From contig JAAOMT010000741.1 in NCBI GenBank assembly GCA_016748015.1, positions 824,943 through 888,942 of the forward strand: a DNA stretch of 64,000 nucleotides. The letters are read 5' to 3'. Source of the DNA: Geosiphon pyriformis uo1. Taxonomy: Eukaryota; Fungi; Glomeromycota. The position numbers were made by a program, and so were the translations under genes. The stretch's first letter is position 1; each line of letters begins with the position of its first letter. A model generated the notes under the pieces. That model saw only the letters and a list, made by a program, of their open reading frames with translations, made no database searches and was not told the origin of the DNA. Below, one piece after another: positions 52,001-64,000 of this stretch.

Positions 52001-54384
52001 TTGAAGACCAATCGGCAAAGCTTATCACCACAATTTCTGAGACCATTCGCGGCTTGTTACATGACCCGATATCGCTGGTAGAAATTTGAGAAAGAATTGC
52101 TTTCTTCGTTCGAGGTCCTCTTTTGCTTTGCACTAGAAACAGAGGTGGTGGTAGTGGTATGAGTATTTTGAGAAGTTAGCTCTGGAAAGGATGGGGTATT
52201 TATTTTCGCTATTTTGAGCCTGATAAGTATTATTAAGCAACTGATTAGTATTTTTATTGATAGGCCATGTCACATCATACTTGAGATGATCCCACATAAG
52301 GGGGACAAAAAGTAACCTTACATTGAGTAAAAATTGACTAGTAAAACTCTCGTAAATTAAATGAGCATTTCAGTTTCAAAAAATGTAACTGGGCTTTAAC
52401 AGCTAAGTTTGAAGCAACAAATTACAAATTACAATTTGATTGTTTTTTAAAAAATAAAATTTTGGAAAATGATTTTTATCCTTATTTATTAGGTACAAGA
52501 TAATAATGGGCTCGTTTACACAACAAAGAAATAATATCTTGGCTTTCAAAAAACAAGATAAAAATGATTGATAATTGGCCATATCATCTACGAATCAAAA
52601 AAATTTATTGTTTGTTTATCGTGTTACTCACATTCTTAACATTGTGCTCAGAAGTCCAAAAAAGAATACTTTATAATTGGATAGAAGAATATGATTAAAG
52701 TGAGGTTTTACAACTGAAAATAAAAAATTATTTTGTCTCAAAGTTTTGTTTTTATTTATTTTTGTTTGTTCTTGAAACCGAATTATTATTATTCCTCCTT
52801 ATTTTTAATTTTAGTTTTACAATAATGACCTTTGGTCACTTTATGGATTAATGCCAAAAGATAAGTATTTTTATGATTGACAAACTTATGCTATGGTTGG
52901 GATCTGAATTATAGATAACTTTCAATAAAGTTGTGACACTAATAAAATGAGTTAAATTATAAAGTTTTAATTTTTAAAGCATTTAATTTATACAGGATTT
53001 GGATTTTATCTAGGCCGAAACTTTTGAACATTCACACAATAAATTTTTTTTTAAAACTTTTAAATATTTAATCAACTCTAAATAATCAAAGCAAATATAA
53101 AATAATGGTCACAAACATTTTTTGGATAATTTAGTTTAATCAGAGTATTTTTTTGGTTAAAAATCTAATAAATCATATAATTCTGCAGTATCATATTTGT
53201 TTGTGTACCCATGATCATTTATTTATTACTTTAATAATTTTCTATGCATAAAAATAATTTGTTCTATTATTAGAAAGCTTGCTCCAAACCTTAGTTTTTG
53301 TATGTGGCAAGGTTTATTAATTTCTATTACAAAGCAAGAAAATTGTCTTGGAACGTTCCAATTTTGCTCTTAAAAATGAGAACAAACGTAAAAAAAGAAG
53401 AGCTGCACCTAAGTTTACCATAATTAGGATATGATTAATGGAAAGTACAGATCTTCTTTAATTTTAATTTTTTTGCTCACCAGCGATATATTTAATAGGC
53501 ATTTGTTCTTCAGAAAACTTTCTCGGAGTTCAAAAAAAAAAATTATTTGGGAGTCTTTAGAAAGCTTTGAGGAATTGACCTTTCTTTTTATCAAGATTAG
53601 AAGATTGAGAAAATTTTTAAATTCAAAGAATTCCACGATTATATGATTGGAAAAACTTATGATCCGGAAACTTATTAGTTTGTGATTTTACGCCCTCCTT
53701 GAAACGCTTAAATATTTTCCAATTTGATGTATAAGAAATCTGTAAGGAAGAATGAAACGAATCATTGATAACTCATACAAGAAAAATAAAAACGGTTGCA
53801 TATAATAGACTTTTAAGCTTGTTAAATCGCCGGGGACAACAATGCGAGGTTATCGCTTATTGATGCGTGGCTATCTCTCTTTTTCTGGTGAGATATTTAT
53901 GACAACAGAAATGGGACAATTTATTATTATGGAAAAAGGTTCATAGAATTACAAATCGAGAAAAATCGAAAATCTTTTAATCGAGATTTAGCACATTACA
54001 TTGGCATTGTATATATTCGGTCCCACCCGATTTTGTGATTTATTTCATTTATCCAAAGATGATCAACATGAAAACTAACTATGGGGATTTTATTTTTAGC
54101 CAAGTTCTATAAAAGGTTAAATAATTGGGGGATGATCATTGTTAAAGTGAGACAACAATAGAGACTTATGAAACACAAATTAAAAATATCTTTGAACGCG
54201 ATTTGAAAATTAAAGGTTTCTGGAAGGAATTAATAAGTTTTCCATTTCTAAGGTGTCAATAATTTGGTTTTATGATACTTACTGAACACGTTTAAATTGT
54301 TGTATGATTATACATAATTGAAAATTTTTTACAGTTGACGAAAATATCTTTTTCGTCTGAGTGACTTAAAAGTTTTGATTTTTA

Positions 54385-54386
<2 letters not shown>

Positions 54387-54414
<28 letters not shown>
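54387..54414 (+). repeat. (GAT)n microsatellite just downstream of the membrane-protein stop codon
   Basis: gatgatgat... run. Confidence 0.9.
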
Positions 54415-54415
<1 letters not shown>

Positions 54416-54421
54416 AATATT

Positions 54422-55345
54422 TTATCTTCCAAAGTAACTTAATCTCTCTTGACCGGCAAAGCTCCATCGCCAAAATATTCCGACAAGAACAGTGTTGGCA
54501 GCGATGGTTGTCATAAGAAGGAATGTTGAAAAACTGAACAATTGTGATGAATAAAAAGTTGCAGTCGCATAAACGAGGAAACAATAATAACCACCAAAAA
54601 GCGCGTCGGATATTATAGTTAGAAACATATAAATGAAAACTGTGGAATCCCCTGATAGTATGAAAAGATTATAGTTGAAAAGTGTGTAATCTTGACGTCC
54701 TGATAAAATTTTCGGAGCGATTAGAGTTTTAAATCAAAGTTTTTTTCAAAAAATATAAAATCAATTTGTTCTCAAACACACTACAGTCTTACCTAGTATA
54801 ATTTCAAACGTTCGATATTTGGATATTACATGATTTGACCAAAGAGACACCTGCAGTACGAGATATGATCTAAATATCAATTCTGTCACAATAAATGTTA
54901 TAACAATTTTCAGCTCAAATTCGTATTTTAGTTGCTAATTTTTAAAAAATAAAAATTGGTAGATATTTAGAAAGTTTTAATTTTAACTTCAGGAAAAAAG
55001 AGAAAAAATGAAATTTATACATACATCCTTGAAATAATGAAAACAAAGTACAAAGCTCCCAAGTAAAACGAAACAATTTGCTATTAATAATATCATCCAT
55101 CGAACTTTTCCAAAATTAGTTCGTTTCAATATTGGGGGTGGTAATGGGTTGTAGTGTCTTGTACCCATTGATGGCTCAAATGAATTTTGTTTCAATAATT
55201 TTCTATAATTCTCTCGACTATCATTAGATTCTTGTTCCCATGTAGTAGACGTTGAGTTTGAGTCATTTTCATCATTAATAGACATTGTTGTAAACGGGAA
55301 AATTCGTTCCTCAGTTTCAGTAGAAGTTTTTGACAGTAAAGTCAT
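54422..55345 (-). CDS. Hypothetical multi-pass membrane protein, 3 exons (55345-55025, 54850-54793, 54699-54422), ~218 aa
   Basis: GT-AG introns join the ORF-track fragments in frame (..FKD|VSLW..EIIL G|RQDY..YFGR*). A polar N-terminus is followed by about 4 hydrophobic segments. Confidence 0.75.
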
Positions 55346-55461
55346 AGGTAACGACTCAATTAATAAAATATTCTTTAATTATTTGATTGTTGTTGGGAGT
55401 GGTTCAAAATTTTCTTATTAAATTTGATAAAGAAAAATACCATTATATTACGATAATTTAG

Positions 55462-55506
55462 TGGTTGGTTTGTTGGTTGGTTGGTTGGTTAGTTGGTTGG
55501 CTGGTT
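55462..55506 (+). repeat. (TTGG)n microsatellite upstream of the membrane-protein gene
   Basis: Imperfect ttgg run. Confidence 0.85.
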
Positions 55507-58500
55507 ACCGTTTTATTGACGCGTTGTGATGTAGTAGTTAATATAATCCAGTGATTGAGATTGTATATTGTTGAAATAATTTTGTTGGGTTAATGACAAG
55601 GTTTTATAAAAAGCCTTTTTACGATCCATTGAACAAAATTTTGAAACTTCATTTTCCGTTTCCAAGGTGTTCCCTCAAAAATGAAAGAAATTTAATGTAT
55701 CTTTTATATTAGAGATCCGATTATCTTTCATATATCCTACACGCTGATTAAATGAATTTGTCAATCCAAAGAGGCATCGGGAATGTAAATCGCCCGATTT
55801 CCATTTGTGCACAGATATAAAACAATATCCAAGTTTGACTGGTAAATGCCACTCATCCCTTGAGAATATGTTGTGACTTTTAAAGTGCATCTTGCAAATC
55901 CGGACACCAATCAAATGAAAAAACTGTTCAATCGATATTTTTATTGAGGATACAAAAATGAAAAATTTTTTCTTCGATCCTTTGAACTAGGCTCAACATG
56001 AAAATGGATTGTTAAACTTAAATCCCAATGTAGATCAATATCTTACCCCAATAATGGTTTTAAAAGAGTAAAATGGCTTTTGTGTGGTAATCCCAAATAA
56101 AATTGTCACAACGTTTGACCGGTTGAACATCGCTCAGAATCCGATTCGTTTTTTTTAATTTTTGCCATTATTAAAATTATCTTTAATCAATGGGTGTCCA
56201 AGAATTTAATAATGCAAGAAATATGAACTCAAGAGAATGTTTATTTACTAGACACAAAGCGAAATGAACCTCCCCTGATATTTGCAAAACATATTCACTA
56301 TCTTGGACTATCACATTTTCAATCAAGCCTATGAAAAATCGTTAAAAGTCTTTTTTACTCAGAGAAAAGATTTTGATCTACAGAAAATCAAAAATGATAT
56401 GCCCAAAGTTTGATAAGGTTATTTTTTGCTAAAAGAACTTTTCCCAGTATTAACATGAAAACACTACTCTTTTGACACTAAATGAAACTTAGGTGAAAAT
56501 GAAAAAGAAATTCGTTCAATTTAAAAATGGAAACAATGAATTGAATCGTTGTACATTGTTGAAAATGAAATCTTTGACCAAACCTATGTACCAGCTCAAT
56601 TTAATTGGTTCATTTATTTATGAATCTTTTTATTTGAAAACTCTTTTAGTCATCAAAAAAAAAATGTTGTAAGCCATCGGGTGTCGATAATTTCTTTTTA
56701 CATCGCTTCCCATCATAAAGAACGCAAATAAATACTTTCTGAATTTAATCAGGTCACAAAAATTGGAAATTTGAGATCCTGATCTTATAATATTATAATT
56801 GAAGTTTTTCTCAAAGCCACTTTTGTTATATAATTTATGAGACTCTATAGTAAAATTCTTGAAATGATAAACTTTTAATCCAATTTCGATTAAAAACCTG
56901 ATTAGTGCTATTGGTCCATAGAACATAGAACCAGAAATTTTCATTCATGCATTAAGTAATTATGATTTTAATTTAGACCTTAAATATCTTTCAAAACAAA
57001 AATATAGCCACAACTTCTTTGTTAATTCAGAGCAAATGAAAACCTCTTTCATGATATTTTTTCCTTTCACTAATCTCACAAAAGTTCAATTCCTACAATT
57101 GAATTTAAAGTACAGCATCATTTTACAAAGAAATGATTGCTTTACATGACTTACTCATGCAAAAATTAACAATTAAGAATTCTCCTTCCCTATGGTAGGA
57201 AAAATATTAGAGTTTTTTTTTAAAAGTTAAAATTACTGTCCTAAAATTCTAGGCCTAAAAAATTTAATTGCATTTCTGCGATTAGCCATTCTCATTACGA
57301 TACATTTCTGGTATTGTTTTAATTTCATTCCCGCCAAATATATTAAACTTTTTAAAATTTGTGCCACCAGGATGATTCATATCAATCCGTAAGGTTGTGT
57401 TAAAAAGGTCGTTACCCGCTTGAGGCTTGTTTTCCAAACAATTTTTATTATTAAAACAAAATTAATTTTTAATTGCAACACAATCTAAATGGTTGAAAAT
57501 CTTTGTCAGACAAAACTAAAGTGTTTTAGGATTCAAATGAAAATTTTTTCGTTTCGTTCACGTGAATAAAGGTTTCATACAATAATTGCATTCCTATGTT
57601 ACACTGTGACTAAATTTTGTTTCCCCAGCCTTTGAGTTACATAACCGAAAGCTCATGTTATTTGATAGATTAATAAATCTTGTTTATACACCATATTATG
57701 AATATCAATTATTTCAACAAAAAAAATTAGGCTGCTTTCTACTAGAAATTTCGGAATTACGCCTCAGAGTCAATAATTTTACACTACGAACGAAATTCAA
57801 AGTAAGAAATATACAGAAGTTGAATTTGCTTTAAGTCAATTATATTTGTGATTTTGACAGGCTAGATCAAAAGAGTGTCATCTTAGATTATACCCTTCGA
57901 ATATAATTAGAATTAATAGATGACTTTCAATTTTTTATCTTTATAAAAGAAAGTTCTTTATTCTAATTTACGAAAATATTATGCTTTATAATAATCCTTC
58001 GAATTGGGAAGTAATTTTACACAATCAATTATCAGCATATTTCCATGGTTAATTATTAACATAATAATTGAACTTTAAAACGGTTATGCTCAAATATCGC
58101 GTCATATGATGCATTTATGTACATTCTCATGTGATGCCCATTTTCGGGGATGGATCACTACTTTGTTAACCAAATGTGTCGTTTCAATTATTATTTATAT
58201 GAATTTCTTTATCATAAGGCTATAAAATAATTAAGTTGTTTAATTAATTGTCGATATTTGAAAATTCCGAATATTTTTTTATAATAAAATTGAATGTTAC
58301 ATTTATCTGTGTCACAGTGGTTCAAAGTTAATATCTAAAAAACTTGATATAAACCTCAAATTTCAGTTTGAAAAATTGTCAACATAAATATGTGTATTAT
58401 TAAAAATTTTAAGATTAATTCAAATAATACATTTTTAGTTTTTTAAGACTTATATTTAAATTAAAAATAATACTATAACTGGTTTCAATCTCTGTAACTA

Positions 58501-59357
58501 AATTAAAATTATTCCATTTATTGCTTTAATCACTTCTATCAAAATTGATTATCAAACCAATTTTATTTATGTATCATTTTCAATTACATTATTATTAATT
58601 CTAATTATTTTATTATCATTTTCTAACAATATTATTACTATTTTCTAATTACCAGCTTTAATTATGTTATTCTTAACTTTTTAAAAAAAAGACAAACAAA
58701 TATTCATGCAATTTACCAATAGAATATTTAAGCCAAACCCAATTTTAAAATTAGTATTTAAAAAAAATTCATACAAACATATTTATATATTTAATAAACC
58801 CATACTGAATCTTATTTAAAGTATTTTGAACTTGAAATAATTAAATAAAATGAATTATATTAATATTAAATAATTAATTGCTTAAAAATTCACAATCAAA
58901 TTAATATTGCTCAAAAATTATTTTTTGTACATATTAAAAAAATTTGTTTTCACAATTATTTATGTATTTTTTAATTATATTTGTAATCTATTTTATTTTG
59001 TATTTATAGTATTGATTTTAATTATTTATTAACTACTAATGTCACAAATTTAGTCATTTTGCTAAAATCAAACTTGCTCAATAATTCAATCTTTGATTTG
59101 ATTATTAACTAAATTATTGGCTTAATTCATTACTTGTTTAATTTAAAAATTTGATGATAAACAAAACTTTTAACTATTTAATGTTGACCTTCTTAAAAGG
59201 ATTAATAAGAGAATTCAAAAAGATATGAAATATATGCATGGTTAATAATTTTAAAATTGCATTGGTATTTTTAAGCTGGTGGACAACCATTTTAAGAAAT
59301 AAAACAACAAATTAAATTGATTTTATAAACCTTTGAACCATTTTTATTCTTGCTCAA

Positions 59358-60897
59358 TTAATTCATAATAATTTTATATCTTTCCAAGGCTTCTTTAACT
59401 TTTAAATTATTGTCGAGTGATTCACAATCTCCAATTTGTACCCCAAAATAATACCTATCTCGAAAAATTCCGTCCGAGGTGCTGTCTATTGATTGACCTG
59501 CGTTACATTTCTAAAATAAAAAAGGATAAAATTTTAAATTTATTGTAGATGGGAAATTATCATAGTCATATAACTTCATATTAACCAGATTCTCATTAGA
59601 ATAAATTCCCATCCAGATTGGTCTTTGTTTCCCGGTTGAAAGCTCAATGTGATTGCAATCCCAATACGTGCCTTGATCATCCTCAGAACAATCACATCCG
59701 TTCAATGGCTCAATCCATATTTCACTACCAAAATGTTTCCACCCCATTAAAGCTGATGGAAAGTGTGGAACATGATCGTTTCCATGGGTGAAGCGGTAAT
59801 GATCAATTGCTTTGTTTAAGGATAGACTAAATTCCTTATTACCAACTCTCGGAGCCCCAAAAGTGATGACTTCCTGATGAGTTTTCATTAAATCAATTTC
59901 AGGCCATAGTTTTTTTTGCATAATTACAAATCTTTCAAGTGCCCACTGAAAACCAGCAATTGAAGCGTATCCTGTTATATTGAAAACTCAAATAAAGTTG
60001 AAGTTTACTTTTGATTACTAAAAATACTGAAAAACTTTAGATAACAAACTTCCACCAAAGCCATGCCCGACAAACATAATTTCATTGATTGAAGATCCTA
60101 TATCATTCATGCGCCTTCGAATAACTTGTTTCAATTGAGGGAATAAAAGTTTTACATCTTCTAACAATTCGTGATCACCACGTTCTGTCGCCTTGGGAGA
60201 AAATGGGAGTCCTTTAAATTGAGGTCGCATCAATGTTGGATTTCTAGAGCTCCATTGTTGCTTTGTTAATTTCTTTGTAGTGAAAAAAAAGTTATCTCAT
60301 ATTAATTTAATTTCTTGGTAAAAAAAAAGTATAGCAAGCATAAAAATTAAAGATAGTCACTGGTCCGACAAATATTATTAATAACATGGCATAGACTTTT
60401 ACAGGAGTAACCAATTTGTAGTCTTGTAAACTCACTAAAATAACTTTTTTTTTAGAAATAGTCTTAACTTTAAAATATTTAATATTATAAAAAAAACCTT
60501 TTATTTGTAAACCAGGCACGCCTAAAGCAATGTTATTTAATTTAGAGCACTCCACCAAATTTGTGACAAATGTAATCAACGGAAATAATGGTAACGGCAG
60601 CAACATTGGAGAAAAGCTGTTTTCAGGGTCGATTGGCACTTTATATTGTGAGCGTTTTATAATTTGATAATTTTTTGGCCAAACCTCAGTAAGATTTATC
60701 CACTTTATCACCTTAGAAAAATTTTGATTTGAATCTAATTTTTGAGCAATTTGAATATATTGAGACCTTTTAGGATGTATTAAGCTTTTTTGGCTTTCAT
60801 GGATCCAAAAGTAAAACATCATTAGCATCAAAGTTGCCATTTTAAATTTGATTCGAAGATTAAGTGTGATTGAATTTTGATTTAAAAGAAAATTCAT
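59358..60897 (-). CDS. Class-3 lipase-like alpha/beta-hydrolase homologue 1 (nucleophile motif GHGFGG); 5' exon structure uncertain
   Basis: IMFVGHGFGG | intron 60049-59972 | YASIAG..VITFGAPRVGNKEF..RFTHGNDHVPHFP..WKHFGSEIWI..ENL | intron 59585-59511 | KCNAGQ..YYFGVQIGDC..stop at 59360-59358. Confidence 0.8.
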
Positions 60898-62546
60898 TAT
60901 GGTTAATTTTAAAGAATGAAGACCGTGCCAGAGATAAAATATTTTATAACTGGGATAGTTTATATAGATGGTGGGATAAATGTTTCGCTATCTTAAACTA
61001 AATAAATAAGCTCAACCTTCTTTGTTTGGAATAATCTTTTATATTTATTTTGAAGTATTTATTGTGGTCTAGGTCGATCAAATCGATAGGAAACTTTAAT
61101 ATTTGAACCGATTGAGTCTTTAGCTTTTTGAATAGTAGCCATAAAGGCAATCTTATTGGGGAGTGGAATATCTTTCGAGTCCTAATTATAATAATAATAT
61201 ATCTAATATCATACAAGTTTGAAGTCAATTTTTTATAATAAAAAAGCAATTCTATGATTAATATTAATTATCATTAGAAACAGAGTTAATACATATTTTA
61301 AATATTAAATAAATAGACTCTTGTCTGCTAAAGAAATTGATAAAAACTATTAAAATAAATCGCTAAAAAGTTTTTTTTATAAACTTCAAAATGAAAATGG
61401 TAAGCTGAAAAACTTTTTGAGAAGAAAATTATAAAATAATTTTGATCACCTTTATAAATTTACAAAGTCTCCAACCTAATATTCACTAAAATAATAGATT
61501 AAAATGAGTTAGTTGGTCAAAAATTATTATATAACCTAACAAGTTATGTTGAAGCATACTTGTATAGCCTTGATATCTTTCGAAAATGTACACATGCAAA
61601 ATTTCAGGTATTGCATATGCCTCGTTAATAATAAAAATTGAAATTCAGTTTTTCATGACTTCTTTTAAGTTCAAAAATTAGATTTTGTTATTTTCCAACT
61701 CTTAAATTTAAGATATATAGCTAGACTGTGAATGAATTATTTATTTGCTTCAACTGTTTAGGAAAAAGCGAATACATAATTTCTTATACTGCATGTCCGA
61801 AATCTTGAACAATGTATAAATCTCGTAGTTTGTCTAATAACTTAAGTTTCTTTATTGATTTCAAAAAAATATATGGATTTGGTTGAGGAGGTCAAAGAAG
61901 CCGTCGAAGCAGGAGTTGAAGCCATCAAAGACCACAGTTTAACTTACGGTCAAGCAAGTTAAGGTGATAGGAGATTTTTGTCGCGAAAAATATACAAATT
62001 TTAAACCATTCCCAAAAAGCGTAAAATAAATTTCCTGAGGTCAAACGATTTCCAAGATAAAACCATTTTTCTAAAACAAAACAATATATATTGTACAAAA
62101 TTTGGAATGAATGTAAAATCTTTCGAAAACAATTCAACTATTAATGAGATCATTTTAAATAAACCTAAGAAACAAAAAGTTAAGCGATCCAAATTCGAGC
62201 AAAAATTCGTGATGAGTTTTTCCAACCTTGACCATGAAACAAATTAGTTGGTTTAAATTTTAATGGGAGTATTTAAGTAAGAAAAAGAATCAAACCAAAA
62301 ATTCGATTAGTTTGACTTCTTATTGACATTATTTAGAGCTTCGTTCATCATATTGATTTCAAATATTTGGAGTTTCAGCAAATTGATAGAGTAAACTGAC
62401 CAACCATACTTTTTTATGTGTTAACTTATTTTCTATTTTGTTATTTCTTCGGCCAAAGAAATTGAGCTATTTACTTTATCTCCTCTTAACAAGAAGATAA
62501 CAAAAAGATTGTAGTAACAAAAGGAGAACTAAATATCCTTTTAAAA

Positions 62547-64000
62547 ATGAAATATATACTTGTATTTCTATTTTTTAAAAGCAAAATGTTCAATACTGCC
62601 AAAAAAAATTCAATGATATTGGGATTTTTTGCAACGATTTTTTCAGTTTTATTGGTCAATTTTTTTTCGAATACAATTGTAGATATAGCTCTGATTAATT
62701 TCTCTCCATTCTCGAAAGCCAAGAATTGGCTCATGCCTTTTCTTAGTCAAATTCCATTTGCACAAAGAGCAAGTAACGCATCATGGCCAATTGGAGTGTT
62801 CAGGAAGTATAACAATGAGCCCCCTTTAGCTACTGCAAAGACGAGTCATGATATAAGATCGCAGTTTTATAAAAAAGAAAATATCGCAATATTTTCACAA
62901 AATTTAAATCAATTTTCCCAAAAAACTCATATTAAAGATTCAAGACTATTAGAGGCTTTGCAAAAGATGGCTAGATATGCGAATCTAGCTTATTGTTCTG
63001 AAAATAATAATTTGGGAGAGAATCACCAGAATCTTAAAGCTGATATTTTTTTAGACGATAGCAACCAAATCATTGCATATTTTTCTGCGCCCGAAATTAC
63101 CTTAAATGAATATAGAAATAATCATTTCACCATGATACAATATCGTACAAATCTTCGAGGCTCTCATAAATCATTCGTTGTAAAACAATGGATGGATGAC
63201 GTTGACCTCATTATGAACAAATTAGTTTTGAAAATGGAAACTTTGAAAGAAATTCAAAGTTCAGCATTAATGAAAAGCAGATCTCCAAGTGGTTTCTATT
63301 CATGGCATACTAGTGTCATTCGATTTGTTGGTCATGGAGTTGGAGGAGGTAAATACTCTTTGAAAAATATTTTGGGATTAAAAGCTTTCCTAGATTGATA
63401 CTTTACTTTTACTTTTTGGTTAATAAACCTTCCCAATAATAGCCTATGCGGTATTAGCAGGATTGCGTATACAATCAGAAATATTTAATGACTCGTATGC
63501 TACTGATTTTAATATAATCACGTTTGGCCAACCACGCATTGGAAATGATGCCTTCGCAGGACTCGTAAATCAGATATTTCGTAATAAGATATATCGCGTG
63601 ACACATACCAATGATTTTGTCCCTCGTTACCCAATTATTGACAATGAGGGCCGTATTTTTCAACATCACGAAAGAGAATATTGGTTATATTGGCCGACTT
63701 GTGATTGTCGACTAAATGATGATACTTCACCTGCCTGGGACCCAGGCAATCAATTAATGTACAAATGTGAAGGATATGAATTTGATGGGATAGTGTTAGC
63801 CGGGGAAAATCCGGTATAATGATTTTGAATATTTAAAATATTTCATATATTTCCCGATTTAATGACTCAGCTGATTGTAATATTCTTTCATTATTTAGTA
63901 TTGTAATTTGGGCCAAAAATCTACTTATAGCCTTATTGCACATAGAGGTCCGTATTTTGAAATCAATTTTGGGGATTGTTTTACTGGAATGGGGAGGATT
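62547..64000 (+). CDS. Class-3 lipase-like alpha/beta-hydrolase homologue 2 (nucleophile motif GHGVGG), N-terminal hydrophobic anchor/signal; runs a few codons past the window end
   Basis: ARYANLAYC, FVGHGVGG | intron 63349-63442 | AYAVLAG..ITFGQPRIGN..RVTHTNDFVPRYP..HHEREYW..ENP | intron 63814-63898 | YCNLGQ..AHRGPYF. Confidence 0.88.

Noticed and set aside
51770-52180. TGA=Trp recoded ORF (mitochondrial or mollicute insert)
   Set aside because: Four TGAs in one frame are suggestive, but the frame is bounded by TAA/TAG, gives no recognisable protein, and CGA/TGG>TGA decay explains it.
58400-59140. AT-rich block as a MITE
   Set aside because: It looks like decayed repeat DNA, but I could not identify terminal inverted repeats or a TSD.

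Overview
Eukaryotic, very AT-rich fungal DNA with spliceosomal introns. A Zn(II)2Cys6 gene, dUTPase-bearing Ty3/gypsy elements and divergent class-3 lipases point to an early-diverging fungus, most plausibly Glomeromycota (Geosiphon-like); this is inferred from gene content, not from a search. From left to right: a decayed intron-containing pogo/Tigger DNA transposon (1-2169) and an intact Zn2Cys6 transcription factor (3937-4893). A ~40-kb nested retroelement graveyard follows (~6400-46580). It contains a 5'-truncated RT-RNaseH LINE, two related Ty3/gypsy elements in inverted tail-to-tail arrangement (A, + strand, 13368-24091; B, - strand, 24092-34160), two nested LTR insertions with 4-bp TSDs, older gypsy relics and an ORF1-only poly(A) retroposon. 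The gene-containing flank holds a 3-exon membrane-protein gene and a cluster of class-3 lipase homologues. Main signals: (1) the gypsy elements have an unusual layout (gag-PR-Cys-rich insert-dUTPase-RT-RH, an apparently separate integrase ORF, then a soluble ORF3), and ORF3 diverges together with a swapped 20/40-bp repeat array in the LTR U3, suggesting a transposon-encoded regulator/target system; (2) both full lipase genes have Gly in place of the catalytic Ser; (3) a half-LINE shares its 3' hairpin motif with the RT-coding LINE; (4) C>T/G>A decay is confined to repeats and graded with element age.
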